Source: Candidatus Latescibacterota bacterium (GTDB lineage Bacteria; Krumholzibacteriota; Krumholzibacteriia; WVZY01; JAKEHA01). From it: DNA of 64,000 nucleotides. The number at the start of each line of letters is the position of its first letter. Position 1 is the stretch's first letter. The notes beneath the pieces were generated by a model. That model saw only the letters and a program-made list of their open reading frames with translations, was not told the origin of the DNA and ran no database searches. The stretch spans positions 64,001 to 128,000 of the forward strand of contig OY970173.1 in assembly GCA_963707635.1 (NCBI GenBank), read 5' to 3'. Below are positions 1 to 9,876 of the stretch, piece after piece. Both the position numbers and the translations under genes were made by a program.

Positions 1-933
1 AATCGGGCTGGCGACTGCGTCGTGCAGAAATGCGCGCACCAGCGCATCGAGCGGGTCGCCATCGACGGCGATCTCTCCGCGCATGAAGCGGTGCACCTGG
101 ACGAAGTCGTCCTCCACGATGTAGCACCCCGACCGCTCCAGCGTCTTGATCAACCCCAGCGGCGGTTGCTCGCAGAACGCGCCGGTGAGGAGCACGCGCG
201 CTTGATCCATGGGCTGGCGCGCCGCATCGGCGGCGACCGCGTCGCGATACTCCGCCAGCATCGGGGTGAAGTCTTCGACCGGGATCACCTGGCCGGCGCG
301 CAGCACGAGGTAGAGCTCGTGGGTAGGGACTTTCCACGGTTCGCGGCGGCGCAGGTCGAAGAGTTCCTCCACGACGCGCCGGTTCCGGTTGTAGGCCTCG
401 ATCGACGCGCGCAGCCGGGCCGGCTCCAGCGCCCGGGCACCCCGCCGGGTCAGCTCTTCCGAAAGGCTCTCCAGCTCGCGCCGGTAGAAACTTCCCCCGA
501 GCTCCGCGTCGAAGTTCTGCGGGACGTCGAAGTAGCGCGAGAGTCGATCGGGGAATTGCATCTGCCACATGCCGGAGAGATTGCGGATCACGTCGCACGT
601 GGCCGGGAATATCATCCCGTCCAGACAGTCGAGCGAGCCGTTCAAGCCCATCTCGATCGTGCTGCGTGGAATGTGGCAAATATAAGATTGGTAGTAGGCG
701 TCGCCGCGGATGATCTCCAGGTCGTCGCCACCACCCATGATCCCCACCGGCAACACGCCCTGCGCGTGCAACAGCTCGCGCGGAATGTAGACGGGCATGA
801 AGCCGATGGCGAGCGACCCGGTGCGCTGCTTCCAGGCGCGCACCTCGCTCAAGGTCCGGTCCCGGTACAGGGACTCGGCGCGCTCGACGACGGCGCGGAC
901 GCGTTCAGACGCAGGATCGACCGGCCGGTTCAT
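1..933 (-). CDS. bcrC: Benzoyl-CoA reductase (class I) subunit C, truncated by the window edge
   Basis: Absent from the ORF track. Hand translation from ATG 933 (ATGA overlap with the dch stop) gives MNRPVDPASERVRAVVERAESLYRD...GFMPVYIPRELLHAQGVLPVGIMGGGDDLEIIRGDAYYQSYICHIPRSTIEMGLNGSLDCLDGMIFPATCDVIRNLSGMW, matching the Thauera/Rhodopseudomonas BcrC/BadD signature. Confidence 0.9.
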   Translation of the reverse strand, partial: MNRPVDPASERVRAVVERAESLYRDRTLSEVRAWKQRTGSLAIGFMPVYIPRELLHAQGVLPVGIMGGGDDLEIIRGDAYYQSYICHIPRSTIEMGLNGSLDCLDGMIFPATCDVIRNLSGMWQMQFPDRLSRYFDVPQNFDAELGGSFYRRELESLSEELTRRGARALEPARLRASIEAYNRNRRVVEELFDLRRREPWKVPTHELYLVLRAGQVIPVEDFTPMLAEYRDAVAADAARQPMDQARVLLTGAFCEQPPLGLIKTLERSGCYIVEDDFVQVHRFMRGEIAVDGDPLDALVRAFLHDAVASPI

Positions 934-1724
934 CGGTTCTCCCAACGGGGTGGACGCTTCTCGAGAAACGCGTTGAGTCCCTCGACTGCATCCGCGCTGC
1001 CCATGAGGTCGCGCAGGTAAAAGGACTCGAGGTGATCGAGCTCGGTGAGAAAGCGCTGCGAAAAGGCCGCGCGCGCCGCGCGCACCGCAAAGCGCAAACT
1101 CGACGCGGAGCGCGGCACGAGGTGTGTGCGCACGTAGGTCAGCGCCGCGGCGGCCGGATCGGCGACACGGTCGTCGGCCAGCCGCAGTCGCAACGCCTCG
1201 GTCGAATCGATCGAGCGCCCCGACAAGAGCAGGTCCTCCGCCCCACCGCGTCCCATCCGCTCCGCCAGAGTCACCGACGCCACCGGCGCGAAAACTCCGA
1301 GGGTGATCTCGGGTTGCCCGAGGTGGGCGTCGTGCGACACGATCACGCGGTTGCAGAACGCGGCCAGCTCGAGGCCACCCCCCAGGCACTGGCCGCGCAC
1401 GACGGCCAGGGTCGGGACCGAGGCCGCGATCATGGCGCGAAACAGCCCGCGGAATGCGCGCAGCATCGCCTCGCACTGGTCCGGGAGGTGCTCCTGGACG
1501 CTGGCCCCGAACGAGAAATTCGCGCCCTCGCCCTCGAGCAGGATCGCCTTCACCCCCGCATCGCCCTGCGCCCGGACAAACTGCGCGGTCAGCGCGTCCA
1601 CCATCGCCCTGTCCAGGATATTTGCCTTCGGCCGCGACAGAAACAGACGCCACACCGCGCCGCCCTCGAGCACCTCGACGCGAACCGGAGAACCGCCGGA
1701 GCTGGATTGTGCGTCCACGATCAA
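930..1724 (-). CDS. dch: Cyclohexa-1,5-diene-1-carbonyl-CoA hydratase (crotonase family)
   Basis: RPKANILD, FSFGASVQEH, GQCLGGGLELA and GQPEITLGVFAP motifs; lies between oah and bcrC. Confidence 0.9.
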   Translation of the reverse strand: MIVDAQSSSGGSPVRVEVLEGGAVWRLFLSRPKANILDRAMVDALTAQFVRAQGDAGVKAILLEGEGANFSFGASVQEHLPDQCEAMLRAFRGLFRAMIAASVPTLAVVRGQCLGGGLELAAFCNRVIVSHDAHLGQPEITLGVFAPVASVTLAERMGRGGAEDLLLSGRSIDSTEALRLRLADDRVADPAAAALTYVRTHLVPRSASSLRFAVRAARAAFSQRFLTELDHLESFYLRDLMGSADAVEGLNAFLEKRPPRWENR

Positions 1725-2830
1725 GCCTTTCTGCTCGCGGCGCCGTCGGCGCGGGGCTGGATTTCATCCATGAGCGCGTCGTCCCAGCTTCGTCCTTCCG
1801 CGAGTCGCCGCCGCAACAGCAGGAAATCCACCTCGCGCCGGTCGCGGGGGCCGCTGTGGAACGCGCGGAAACCCGCCCGCCCCTCGGTCATCATGTTGAG
1901 ACCGAGCCACGCTCGGTTGGTCTCGCGATTCTTGTCCCAATGCTCGAGCTTGTGCTTGCGCACGCTCTCGATGGTCTTGGTGAGGCAACCGGGCATCGTC
2001 ATCGCGAGCGCATACACGAGCGCGTCCACCTCCGCGTCCAGCTTCGACAGGTCGATCTCACCACGCTTGAGCATCTCCTTGCCGCGATCGAACTCCGCAC
2101 CCTCCTTGCGCTCGCCGTGGATAATCCGCCCCATGTCGTCGAGATATCGATCCGTCACGACCAGGGGATTCGGGGTGAAGCGTCCGTCCACCTTGAGCGC
2201 CGGAACCATGCGCGTGAGCAGGCCCAGGCGAAGCGCCTTGTGCGCGCTCCACGGCTGACAGACGGTGCAGCTCTCCATCGCCGCTTCGACGTTCACGAAC
2301 AACGGCAGGAAATCGGTGCTGCCGCCATCCGGCGCCGACCCATGCCGCGGCCCTGCCTGCCCGAACAGCGCGAGGTCCTGGGCCAGCGAGAAGTCGCACG
2401 CCATGCCGATCTCCTGGCCGCCACCGATCCGCATGCCGTTGACGCGGCAGACGACGGGCTTGTCGCACGCGAGAATCGCACTCACCATGTCGTTGAACAG
2501 CCGCATGTACTGGCGATACTCCTCCGGCCGCCCGGCGTAGTACTCGGCGTACTCGGCCGTGTTTCCGCCGGTGCAGAACGCCCGGTTGCCAGTGCCCGTG
2601 AAGACGACCGCGACGCACGCACGGTCGTTGGACGCGCGGCGCATGCCGAGGATCACGCCTTTCACCATGTCGGTGGTGTACGAGTTCATCTGCTCCGGAT
2701 TGTCGAGCGTGATGCGAATCGCGTGCAGGCCTTCGACCTTGCCGCCGTCGGGAGTGCACACGGGCGTCTCGTCGTAGAGGATGCCGGGGGTCCGAGTCGT
2801 GGGAACGAGGTCGTGATTCTTGAGTTCCAT
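1721..2830 (-). CDS. oah: 6-oxocyclohex-1-ene-1-carbonyl-CoA hydrolase
   Basis: LDNPEQMNSYTTDMVKGVILG, FCTGGNTAEYAEYYAGRPEEYRQYMRLFNDMV and GQAGPRHGSAPDGGSTDFLP are diagnostic of Oah/BamA. Confidence 0.93.
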   Translation of the reverse strand: MELKNHDLVPTTRTPGILYDETPVCTPDGGKVEGLHAIRITLDNPEQMNSYTTDMVKGVILGMRRASNDRACVAVVFTGTGNRAFCTGGNTAEYAEYYAGRPEEYRQYMRLFNDMVSAILACDKPVVCRVNGMRIGGGQEIGMACDFSLAQDLALFGQAGPRHGSAPDGGSTDFLPLFVNVEAAMESCTVCQPWSAHKALRLGLLTRMVPALKVDGRFTPNPLVVTDRYLDDMGRIIHGERKEGAEFDRGKEMLKRGEIDLSKLDAEVDALVYALAMTMPGCLTKTIESVRKHKLEHWDKNRETNRAWLGLNMMTEGRAGFRAFHSGPRDRREVDFLLLRRRLAEGRSWDDALMDEIQPRADGAASRKA

Positions 2831-2833
2831 GGG

Positions 2834-3907
2834 TCACCTTTCCGGAACGAGAACGACCCGGCCGCGGGCGCGCCGGTGGTGGACGTCTTCGAACGTCTCG
2901 TTGATAGACGAGAGGGGACGGCTCTCGATGAACGGCTCCAGCACCACTTTGCCGGACAGAATGAGATCGACGGCGGCCGGGTAGTGCTCCGGCAGGCACG
3001 CCCAGTTGCCCTGCGCGGTCGCGTCCTGTGCCATGAGGTTCGACAGCCGCACTTCCACTTTCTCTGCCGTGTAACCGACCACGCTCAAGTAACCGCCGGG
3101 GCCGAGCAGACCGAATGCGGTCGTTTGCCCCGCGGGCGTGCCCGAGGTTTCGAAGATCTTCTGCTTCCAGGTGGGAATGCCGCGCTCGTCGGCAAAGCGC
3201 TTGATCGCACCGCGCAGCGACTTGAAGTCCATCTGGTCGGCGCGGAGCGTGAGACCGGCGCCGTGCGCCGCGATCGCGTCCAGACGAACAGGGTCGACGT
3301 CGATGGCCACCGTCGCCGCACCGCGCGCGGCCGCGATCTGGATACCGAAGCCACCCACGCCGCCGGCGCCCACGAACACGGCCAGGTCCCCGCTGCCCAG
3401 ATGGCTCCGGTGGATGGCCTGGAACGGTGTCGCCACCGCGTCGGCAACGACCGACAGCGCGGCGAGGTCGAGTCCGGCGGGATTGAGCTTGGGATTGGAA
3501 AGATCGGGAACCGGGCACAGACCGCGCGCCGGGACGCGAACGTGGGTGGCGAAACCACCGTGCACGTCGCACCCGAGGAAGACCTGGCGCGGGCAGATCG
3601 CACCGCGGCCGTCGCGGCAGGCGGCGCATTCGCCGCACGGGATGACGGCGGGAACGACGACCGCGTGGCCGAGCCATTCCTCGGCGCCGGGACCGGTCGC
3701 CGTGACGGTGCCGCTGACTTCATGACCCAGGGTGAGCGGGAAGGGATGGCGCGTGGGCACCCCGTCGTAGAAGAAACCGAGGTCGGTATGGCAGACGCCG
3801 CACCCGGCCACCCGGACGAGGGCGTCTCCCGGAGAGAGGACCTCGTCGCGGTCCTCCCACCTCATCCGCTCCCCCACGCGGTGGGTAACCCAGCTCGCTA
3901 TCTTCAC
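2834..3907 (-). CDS. had: 6-hydroxycyclohex-1-ene-1-carbonyl-CoA dehydrogenase (Zn-dependent)
   Basis: CGVCHTDLGFFYDGVPTRH, GHE, CGECAAC..C, KIFETSGTPAGQ and GNWAC motifs; operon context. Confidence 0.9.
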   Translation of the reverse strand: MKIASWVTHRVGERMRWEDRDEVLSPGDALVRVAGCGVCHTDLGFFYDGVPTRHPFPLTLGHEVSGTVTATGPGAEEWLGHAVVVPAVIPCGECAACRDGRGAICPRQVFLGCDVHGGFATHVRVPARGLCPVPDLSNPKLNPAGLDLAALSVVADAVATPFQAIHRSHLGSGDLAVFVGAGGVGGFGIQIAAARGAATVAIDVDPVRLDAIAAHGAGLTLRADQMDFKSLRGAIKRFADERGIPTWKQKIFETSGTPAGQTTAFGLLGPGGYLSVVGYTAEKVEVRLSNLMAQDATAQGNWACLPEHYPAAVDLILSGKVVLEPFIESRPLSSINETFEDVHHRRARGRVVLVPER

Positions 3908-3974
3908 TTCCAGTCTCCGATCTGGCCCGAGGGACCCGCGAGCTCCTAAACAGGAAAATCGGATATCAAATACC

Positions 3975-4003
3975 TAAATACACCGAAAACGATCTTGTGT
4001 CAA
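3975..4003 (-). promoter_or_regulatory. Probable sigma70 promoter of the had-oah-dch-bcr operon
   Basis: Perfect TTGACA (4003-3998), 17 nt spacer, weak TATTTA, in an AT-rich intergenic patch upstream of had. Confidence 0.45.
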
Positions 4004-4053
4004 GGGGTCCACATGTTCAGGCGGGTCAGAATCGAACCCTGGATGGACACAAA

Positions 4054-7000
4054 TCAGGCCACTGCTTCGAGACTTTCCGAGCAGTCGGGTGTGGCTTCGG
4101 CTGGGGCCGGAGTGGGGTCGACCTGGGAATGAGACGCGTGTTCGGCGCTACGCTCGCGCCACTCGTCGCGCACCTTGTCCTCGCGGTAGCGCTTGAGGAA
4201 ATAGCCGATTGTCTCCACACGAATCTTGATCGAGCCGGCGGGCCGGTTTTCGTCCAGGTCCTTGAAGGAGAAGTACGGCGTCCCCGAGCACTCGATGATC
4301 TCTTCGACCACGCTGTAGATGGGGGCGTCGTGGCCGCACTTGAAGTTGGAAAGCTCCAGCGCGACCAGATTGGGGTGGCGCGCGGTGTACTTCGCCGCCC
4401 ATACCTTGCGGCTCGTGTTCTCGCTGTAGGCGTTCTTCCAGACGTCCATGATGTCCATCGGGCTCGAGATCTCGCCGGCGCGGACCTCGTCGCCGAAGAG
4501 ACGCTCCAGCATATCTGCGTCGATCGGGAGCGAGTCCTGCGTGAAGACCGGGTAGCCGAGCTTCTGGAACTCGACCAGGATCTCGTGGTTGATGCCGGGG
4601 TCGTTGTGGTACGGGCGACCGAGCACGACGATGCCGATCTTCTGCTCGGCTTCGAGCTGATCCAGGACCTCGCGCGCCTGGCGACGGATCGACACGGTGT
4701 ATTCGTCCAGCGCTTTGTAGCCCGCTTCGACCGCGCGCTGGTTTTCTTTGTCCGAGAGCCCGAGCACGTCCTTGAACGCGGCCATCATCTGGCGCGCGAA
4801 CAGGTGCGGCTGCGCCACGTTCACCAGCGGGCACAGATAGCGAATCCCCTTCTTCGCGAACAGGTCGCCCTCCTTGGTGAAGGCGGCTTTCACGGCCTCG
4901 GGCGTCGCGGTCACGGTCGGGCACGCGCGGCAGTCCTGGGTCTTCACCAGCTCGCTCGGAAGATCGTCGATCATCGGGAAGAAGATCACGTCCAGCGGCT
5001 TCTTCTCGTGCTGCTTGAAAATGAGGTTGTGGACGTGCGGGATACCGAGCTTGCTCGGGAAGCACGGGTCGATGGCGCCACGCTTGGCCCCTTCCTTGTA
5101 CAATTCTTCGTTGGTGTAGTCCGAGTACACGAGGTTCTGCGGGCGCACCCCGAGCGACTCGAAGTATCCGGAGAAAAGCGGGTTGGTCGAGTACTGGTTC
5201 AGCATCTTCGGTATGCCGATGCGGAAGCTCTCGCGCTGCTTCATCAACTCGACCCGCTGCTTCTGCGCGGACGTGAACGCGTGCTTCGGCGGCGCCTCGG
5301 CCACGCTCTCCGGCTTGAAGCTCTTGAACACGTCGCGCGCGCTCTTCTCGACGAAGTTCGGCGCCGCCTTGAGGCGGGCGTCGAGGTCCTTCTTGATCTC
5401 GCGCATCGACTCGACGTCCTCGACCAGCCCCTTTTCGCACGAGTTGTTGACGATCAACCGCCGCGCGCCGGCCATGAGCGGCACTTTCGACTTGCGCGCG
5501 CCGGCGGTGGCGCTGGCCGTGTCCACCTCGCCCTGGTCGCGCTTGACCACGCCGGAGGCTTCGACGTCGATGAAGGTGCGCAGGCACTCGTTCTTGCAGA
5601 AGTGGCAGCGCGTATCCTCCGAGGTCGTGGCGGTGTAGGCGATCATCTTGACCGCGTCCAGGCCGATGAATGTCGACACGCGCCCGTTTTCCCACAGCCG
5701 CGCCGCCTCGATTGCCGCGCCGATCGCACCGCTCTCGCCACAGTGGGTATGAATGATGATCTCCGGGTTGTCGCCATTGCAGCGAAATCTCGATTCGATG
5801 AAGTCGACCTGCGACTTGACGGCCGCGAGGTTGCGCTGGGTGCCGCCCTGGAGGACGAACTTCTTCCCCAGCTTGGCGAGATTCGGAATCTGCGCCACGT
5901 AGAGCCAGATGTTTTTTGGAAGCACCGCCGCCAGGCCGGCCATGATCTCGGCCGCTGTCCAGCCCTGACGCTGGAAATCGACGATGTCGGACTGCATGAA
6001 CACCGCGCAGCCGTAGCCGAAGGTCGGCATCTGCTCGGCCGCGAAGGCGGTGTCCGCGAACTGCTCGACCGGCACACCGAACTCGCCCGCCGTGCTCTGG
6101 AGGAAATAGCCATTCCCCGCCGAACACTGCGTGTTGAGCTTGAAGTCCTTCACACTCCCGCCGTTGAGCACCATGATCTTGATGTCCTGGCCGCCAACGT
6201 CGCAGATCACGTCGACGTCGTCGTAGAAATGGAGCGCCGATTCCGCGTGCGCGACGGTCTCGACGATGGCGGCATCCGCGCCGAGCACGTCGCGCAGCAC
6301 GTCCTTGGCGTAACCGGTGGTACCCACACCCAGGATCTCCAAGCGCGCGCCCTGGGACTCCACGTGGCGCTGGATGTCCCCGATCACTTCGATCGTGTCC
6401 TTGATGGGGTTGCCCTTGGAGAGCTGGTACGACTTGGCGAGTACTTCTCTCTCGGTGGAGAGCAGCACCGCCTTGGTGGACGTCGAGCCGCCGTCGAGGC
6501 CCACGAAGGCGCGGACGACTTCGCCCGCCGCAAACGCCGCCTGCACGAACGGCTCCGGCGTGTAGCGTTCCTTGAACGCGGCCAGGTCCGTCGCGTCCTT
6601 GCTCAAGCCCGCGCTCGCCTTGGCCTTGCTCTGCTTGCGGCCGACGGTGATGTACTCCTCGAGCACCGCCCATCCTTTGTATACGCCGACGCCTTCGTCC
6701 TCGTCCTTGCCGTACTCGATCGCGCCGATCGCCGCGTAGTACTGCGCGTTCTGCGGCACGACGATCAGCGACTTCGGGTCGACTCCCTCCGGGATCGCGA
6801 CCTCGCGTTCTTTCCACACGATCGGGATGTTGTGCTGCCAGGCTTCGCGCATGCCGCGGATGTAGGTGTTGGGACCGCCGAGCAGGATCACTTCCGGGCG
6901 CAGCGTATGCCCGCGCGTCAACACGGAGAGATTCTGGCCGATGATCGCCTCGAAGAGGCTCGCCATCAGTTCTTCGGTGGGGATGCCCTGCTTCTGGAGA

Positions 7001-7569
7001 CCGTTGATGTCGGTCTCGGCGAAGACGCCGCACTTGCCGGCGACGTGGTGGAGCTTGACCCCGTGGTAGCCCTGCTCGCAGAGCTCGTCGGGCGGGATGC
7101 GGAGCTTGGCGTTGATCTTGTCGATGACGGCTCCGGTGCCGCCGGCGCACTTGTCGTTCATCGACGGAATCTTTTTCTTGCGGCCGGTCTCGGGGTCTTC
7201 TTTGAAGACGATGATCTTCGCGTCCTGGCCGCCGAGCTCGATCACCGAGCCCGCCTTCGGGTGCTCCTTCTCCACCGCGAGGCAGACCGCGTTGACTTCC
7301 TGCACGAACTTGGCCCCGATGCGGGGGCTCATGTTCATGCCGCCGCTGCCGGTGATGAAGACGCGGACTTCCTGCGCGGTCACGGCGGCGACGAAACCGT
7401 CGACCTCGCCGTCGACGCGCTTCAGGAACTCGAGGACTTTTTCGGGCTGTTTGGTTTCGTGGCGCTGGTAGTCGTGCCAGAGGAGCCGGTCGGTGGCCGC
7501 GTCCACGACGACGGCCTTCACCGTGGTCGAGCCGACGTCCATACCGATCAGGAATCGGGTCGCGGCCAT
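4054..7569 (-). CDS. Double ASKHA-ATPase CoA-substrate enzyme activase (BadF/BadG/BcrA/BcrD family) with DUF2229-like C-terminal region
   Basis: Two ATPase modules (GMDVGSTTVK, GLDGGSTSTK); Fe-S Cys motifs MNDKCAGGTG/KCGVFAETD and LNTQCSAGNG/GCAVFMQSD; C-terminal CFPSK and SNFKCGHDA. Start set at ATG 7569. Confidence 0.85.
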   Translation of the reverse strand: MAATRFLIGMDVGSTTVKAVVVDAATDRLLWHDYQRHETKQPEKVLEFLKRVDGEVDGFVAAVTAQEVRVFITGSGGMNMSPRIGAKFVQEVNAVCLAVEKEHPKAGSVIELGGQDAKIIVFKEDPETGRKKKIPSMNDKCAGGTGAVIDKINAKLRIPPDELCEQGYHGVKLHHVAGKCGVFAETDINGLQKQGIPTEELMASLFEAIIGQNLSVLTRGHTLRPEVILLGGPNTYIRGMREAWQHNIPIVWKEREVAIPEGVDPKSLIVVPQNAQYYAAIGAIEYGKDEDEGVGVYKGWAVLEEYITVGRKQSKAKASAGLSKDATDLAAFKERYTPEPFVQAAFAAGEVVRAFVGLDGGSTSTKAVLLSTEREVLAKSYQLSKGNPIKDTIEVIGDIQRHVESQGARLEILGVGTTGYAKDVLRDVLGADAAIVETVAHAESALHFYDDVDVICDVGGQDIKIMVLNGGSVKDFKLNTQCSAGNGYFLQSTAGEFGVPVEQFADTAFAAEQMPTFGYGCAVFMQSDIVDFQRQGWTAAEIMAGLAAVLPKNIWLYVAQIPNLAKLGKKFVLQGGTQRNLAAVKSQVDFIESRFRCNGDNPEIIIHTHCGESGAIGAAIEAARLWENGRVSTFIGLDAVKMIAYTATTSEDTRCHFCKNECLRTFIDVEASGVVKRDQGEVDTASATAGARKSKVPLMAGARRLIVNNSCEKGLVEDVESMREIKKDLDARLKAAPNFVEKSARDVFKSFKPESVAEAPPKHAFTSAQKQRVELMKQRESFRIGIPKMLNQYSTNPLFSGYFESLGVRPQNLVYSDYTNEELYKEGAKRGAIDPCFPSKLGIPHVHNLIFKQHEKKPLDVIFFPMIDDLPSELVKTQDCRACPTVTATPEAVKAAFTKEGDLFAKKGIRYLCPLVNVAQPHLFARQMMAAFKDVLGLSDKENQRAVEAGYKALDEYTVSIRRQAREVLDQLEAEQKIGIVVLGRPYHNDPGINHEILVEFQKLGYPVFTQDSLPIDADMLERLFGDEVRAGEISSPMDIMDVWKNAYSENTSRKVWAAKYTARHPNLVALELSNFKCGHDAPIYSVVEEIIECSGTPYFSFKDLDENRPAGSIKIRVETIGYFLKRYREDKVRDEWRERSAEHASHSQVDPTPAPAEATPDCSESLEAVA

Positions 7570-7575
7570 GGCGGG

Positions 7576-7636
7576 AGTATGGACCAGGCGGCCGGGCGAG
7601 GGCAAACGGAATAGTGGAAGGGCCTTCCTTTATTGC
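7576..7636 (-). promoter_or_regulatory. Promoter (TTGCCC-N18-CATACT) with upstream palindromic site AATAGTGGA-N7-TCCTTTATT
   Basis: -10 at 7581-7576, -35 at 7605-7600, palindrome at 7610-7634; the same layout recurs at 30595-30651. Confidence 0.55.
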
Positions 7637-7759
7637 GCGTCTCGATCGAGAGACCCGCGCGTGCCGGAGGCAAGAAGCGCTGTCGCGGCAGTTCTTGCCG
7701 GGCGCACCCCCGAGGTTACGCGGCGCCGCTGGAACAAGTCTTGCGGGTTGCCGGCCGCA

Positions 7760-9499
7760 ATGGCTCCCGTCGGTCCGGACGATCCCACTCTGCTGGAACG
7801 CGTTGAGCGCCTGGAGCGCGTGGTCGAAGGCCTGCTCGAACGCGACTCGAGCTCACGGGCTGCGCTCGCCGACGCTCGGCCCACGCCTCCGCCCGCTCTC
7901 GAATCGCGGGGCGGGCCGCCGCGCGCTGCAACGCCGTCTGCGCCGCCGCGTCCCGTCGCGCCGATGCCCGCGCATCGTTCCGCCCAGGTGGCAGCGATGG
8001 ATCTTCGCTCGGTGCTGCGCGTGGTCGGTATCGCGCTACTCTTGTTCGGCGTCGCGTTCCTGTTCAAGTACTCCCAGGACGAGTCGGAATGGCTCCGCAG
8101 CCTGCGCGTTCTGATTGGCATCGGGCTCGGAGTCAGCCTCACCATCGCCGGTCGCGTGCTGCTCGGACGTGACCGGCCGTTCGCACAGATTCTCACCGGC
8201 GGCGGCATTGCGACGTGGTTCATGTCGGGCTTCGCCGCGTACCAGCTCTTCGGTCTGATCGGGGCGGTTACCGGCTTCGCGTACATGGCGACGGTGACGA
8301 CCGCGGCCTTCGCGATCTCGGTTCGACAGAACTCGCTGGCCCTGACGATCGTCGCCACCATCGGGGGGCTGGCCACGCCGTTCCTGCTCTACGACCCGAC
8401 GCGAAGCGTGTGGGGCGTGTCGCTCTACGTGGTCACCGTCGCGTCGGCCGCGCTCGCGATTCATCGCCGGCGCGGCTGGTGGGCGCTCCTGTGGATCGCC
8501 GCTGCCGGATCCTGCTATGCCGTGTCCGCCACGGTCGTGTACTACTTCACGCCAACGACGCCGCACAGCGAACGCGTCGTGCTGCAAGGCGCGCTATTGT
8601 TCCTCTACGGCTTGTTCGCTCTCTCGACCGCTGCCGGATATGTTCGCGGGGTGCGCGCGGGCGAGTCCGGTGACGCGTACGATACCCGCCTGTTCCTGGT
8701 GACGCTGATCCCCGTCGGCACGGTCGCCCTGACGCACACGATCTGGAGGCTCGATCAGGAGCAGCTGGGCCAGTTGTGCCTCCTCTTCGCGTTGGTTTAT
8801 CTTGGTGCAACCGTCGTCCGTTTCCCACGCGACGAGCTGGGCCGGTTGATCAACGCCTATCTCTTGCTGGCGTCGGGATTCGCGACCGTCGGCGCGCTCG
8901 CGCTCGTAGACGGCGAGATGCAGCATCTTGCCGTTGCGACCGAGGCGTTGCTCCTGCGACGCCTCACACTTCGGTCGAAGCGCGTTTCCATCGCGAACGC
9001 GATCTCGCACGGGCTATTCGGGATATGCGCGCTGCTGGTGCTGCGCGACCTCGTGGTCGACCACTCGCCGAATGTTCCCCTGTTCAATCGAACCGGGGTC
9101 ACGACGCTGTGGTCGATCGTCGCGGCGACGATCGCGGCTCTCTCGCTGCCGCGCGAAAAAGGGCGGATTCGCCGCTTCTACCTGTACGCGGCGCACGTCC
9201 TGATTCTGGCGTGGATCCTCCGCGAGTTCGCCGCGGTTGCCAGCGGCCAAGCGATCGTGACGATCATCTGGGGTGGGTATGGGGTGACGCTGCTGATCGC
9301 AGGACTCCGACGCACCAGCCGGCCGATGCGCACCGTCGGGTTCTTGACCCTGCTCGCCGTTGTCACCAAGCTCTTCGCCGTCGACCTCGCGTCGGTGCGC
9401 GCGATCTGGCGCGTCCTTCTCTTCATTGGATTCGGTGGCGTTTTCCTGTCGCTCAGCTACTGGTTCCTCACCCTGGATCGCGGCGCGCGGAAGCAATAG
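7760..9499 (+). CDS. DUF2339-family multi-pass membrane protein
   Basis: N-terminal coil LLERVERLER, Pro-rich linker, VGIALLLFGVAFLFKYS, GGLATPFLL, many TM helices, C-terminal KLFAVDLASVRAIWRVLLFIGFG. Confidence 0.8.
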   Translation: MAPVGPDDPTLLERVERLERVVEGLLERDSSSRAALADARPTPPPALESRGGPPRAATPSAPPRPVAPMPAHRSAQVAAMDLRSVLRVVGIALLLFGVAFLFKYSQDESEWLRSLRVLIGIGLGVSLTIAGRVLLGRDRPFAQILTGGGIATWFMSGFAAYQLFGLIGAVTGFAYMATVTTAAFAISVRQNSLALTIVATIGGLATPFLLYDPTRSVWGVSLYVVTVASAALAIHRRRGWWALLWIAAAGSCYAVSATVVYYFTPTTPHSERVVLQGALLFLYGLFALSTAAGYVRGVRAGESGDAYDTRLFLVTLIPVGTVALTHTIWRLDQEQLGQLCLLFALVYLGATVVRFPRDELGRLINAYLLLASGFATVGALALVDGEMQHLAVATEALLLRRLTLRSKRVSIANAISHGLFGICALLVLRDLVVDHSPNVPLFNRTGVTTLWSIVAATIAALSLPREKGRIRRFYLYAAHVLILAWILREFAAVASGQAIVTIIWGGYGVTLLIAGLRRTSRPMRTVGFLTLLAVVTKLFAVDLASVRAIWRVLLFIGFGGVFLSLSYWFLTLDRGARKQ

Positions 9500-9545
9500 G
9501 GGCCTGCCATTCTTGGCCACGTCCTGCTGGTCGTAGGCACGGCGG

Positions 9546-9582
9546 GGGCAAACGGAATAGTGGAAGCGCGGTATTCCATTGC
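9546..9582. repeat. Degenerate second copy of the activase promoter region
   Basis: GGGCAAACGGAATAGTGGAAG is identical at 7600-7620 and 9546-9566; both copies continue to ATTGC at the same offset. Confidence 0.8.
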
Positions 9583-9600
9583 CGGCAGCGGCCCGGCTGC

Positions 9601-9876
9601 TCACGTCGGCTGGCGTCGGGCAGTAGCGTGCCGATATTGATTCATCAAGCCCTCGCCCAGGATTCTGTCTGCTTCGAGTTGATTGTGGCGCGCGCAGAGG
9701 AGCCGAAGATTGCTCGCGTGGCTTGTCCCGTCCCGCGCGACCGGCGTGATGTGATCGACCTGAAGAGTGCGCGTCTCACCGCCTGGCCGCTCCCCGCGAC
9801 ATACGTTCTCGCGCGCCTTCTGGTCCCAGAAATTGCGCATAGACGCGGAGGTGGATTCGGGGTCACGCGGCGGCAT
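9601..9876 (-). pseudogene. Chimeric remnant: methyltransferase N-terminus fused to an HNH endonuclease C-terminus
   Basis: MPPRDPESTSASMRNFWDQKAREN matches the start of the gene at 17789 (MPPHAPDPPSSMRAFWDEKAREN); it is followed by LQVDHITPVARDGTSHASNLRLLCARHN, an HNH core lacking its N-terminal part. Confidence 0.7.

Noticed and set aside
3997..7614. Long opposite-strand ORFs (1205 aa here; also 1454..3949, 20667..22799, 34401..36674, 61079..63073 and others)
   Set aside because: Shadow ORFs typical of high-GC DNA, overlapping well-supported genes and lacking recognisable motifs.
9601..9876. Intact HNH homing endonuclease or defence nuclease
   Set aside because: Only the C-terminal core is present and the N-terminus derives from the methyltransferase gene.
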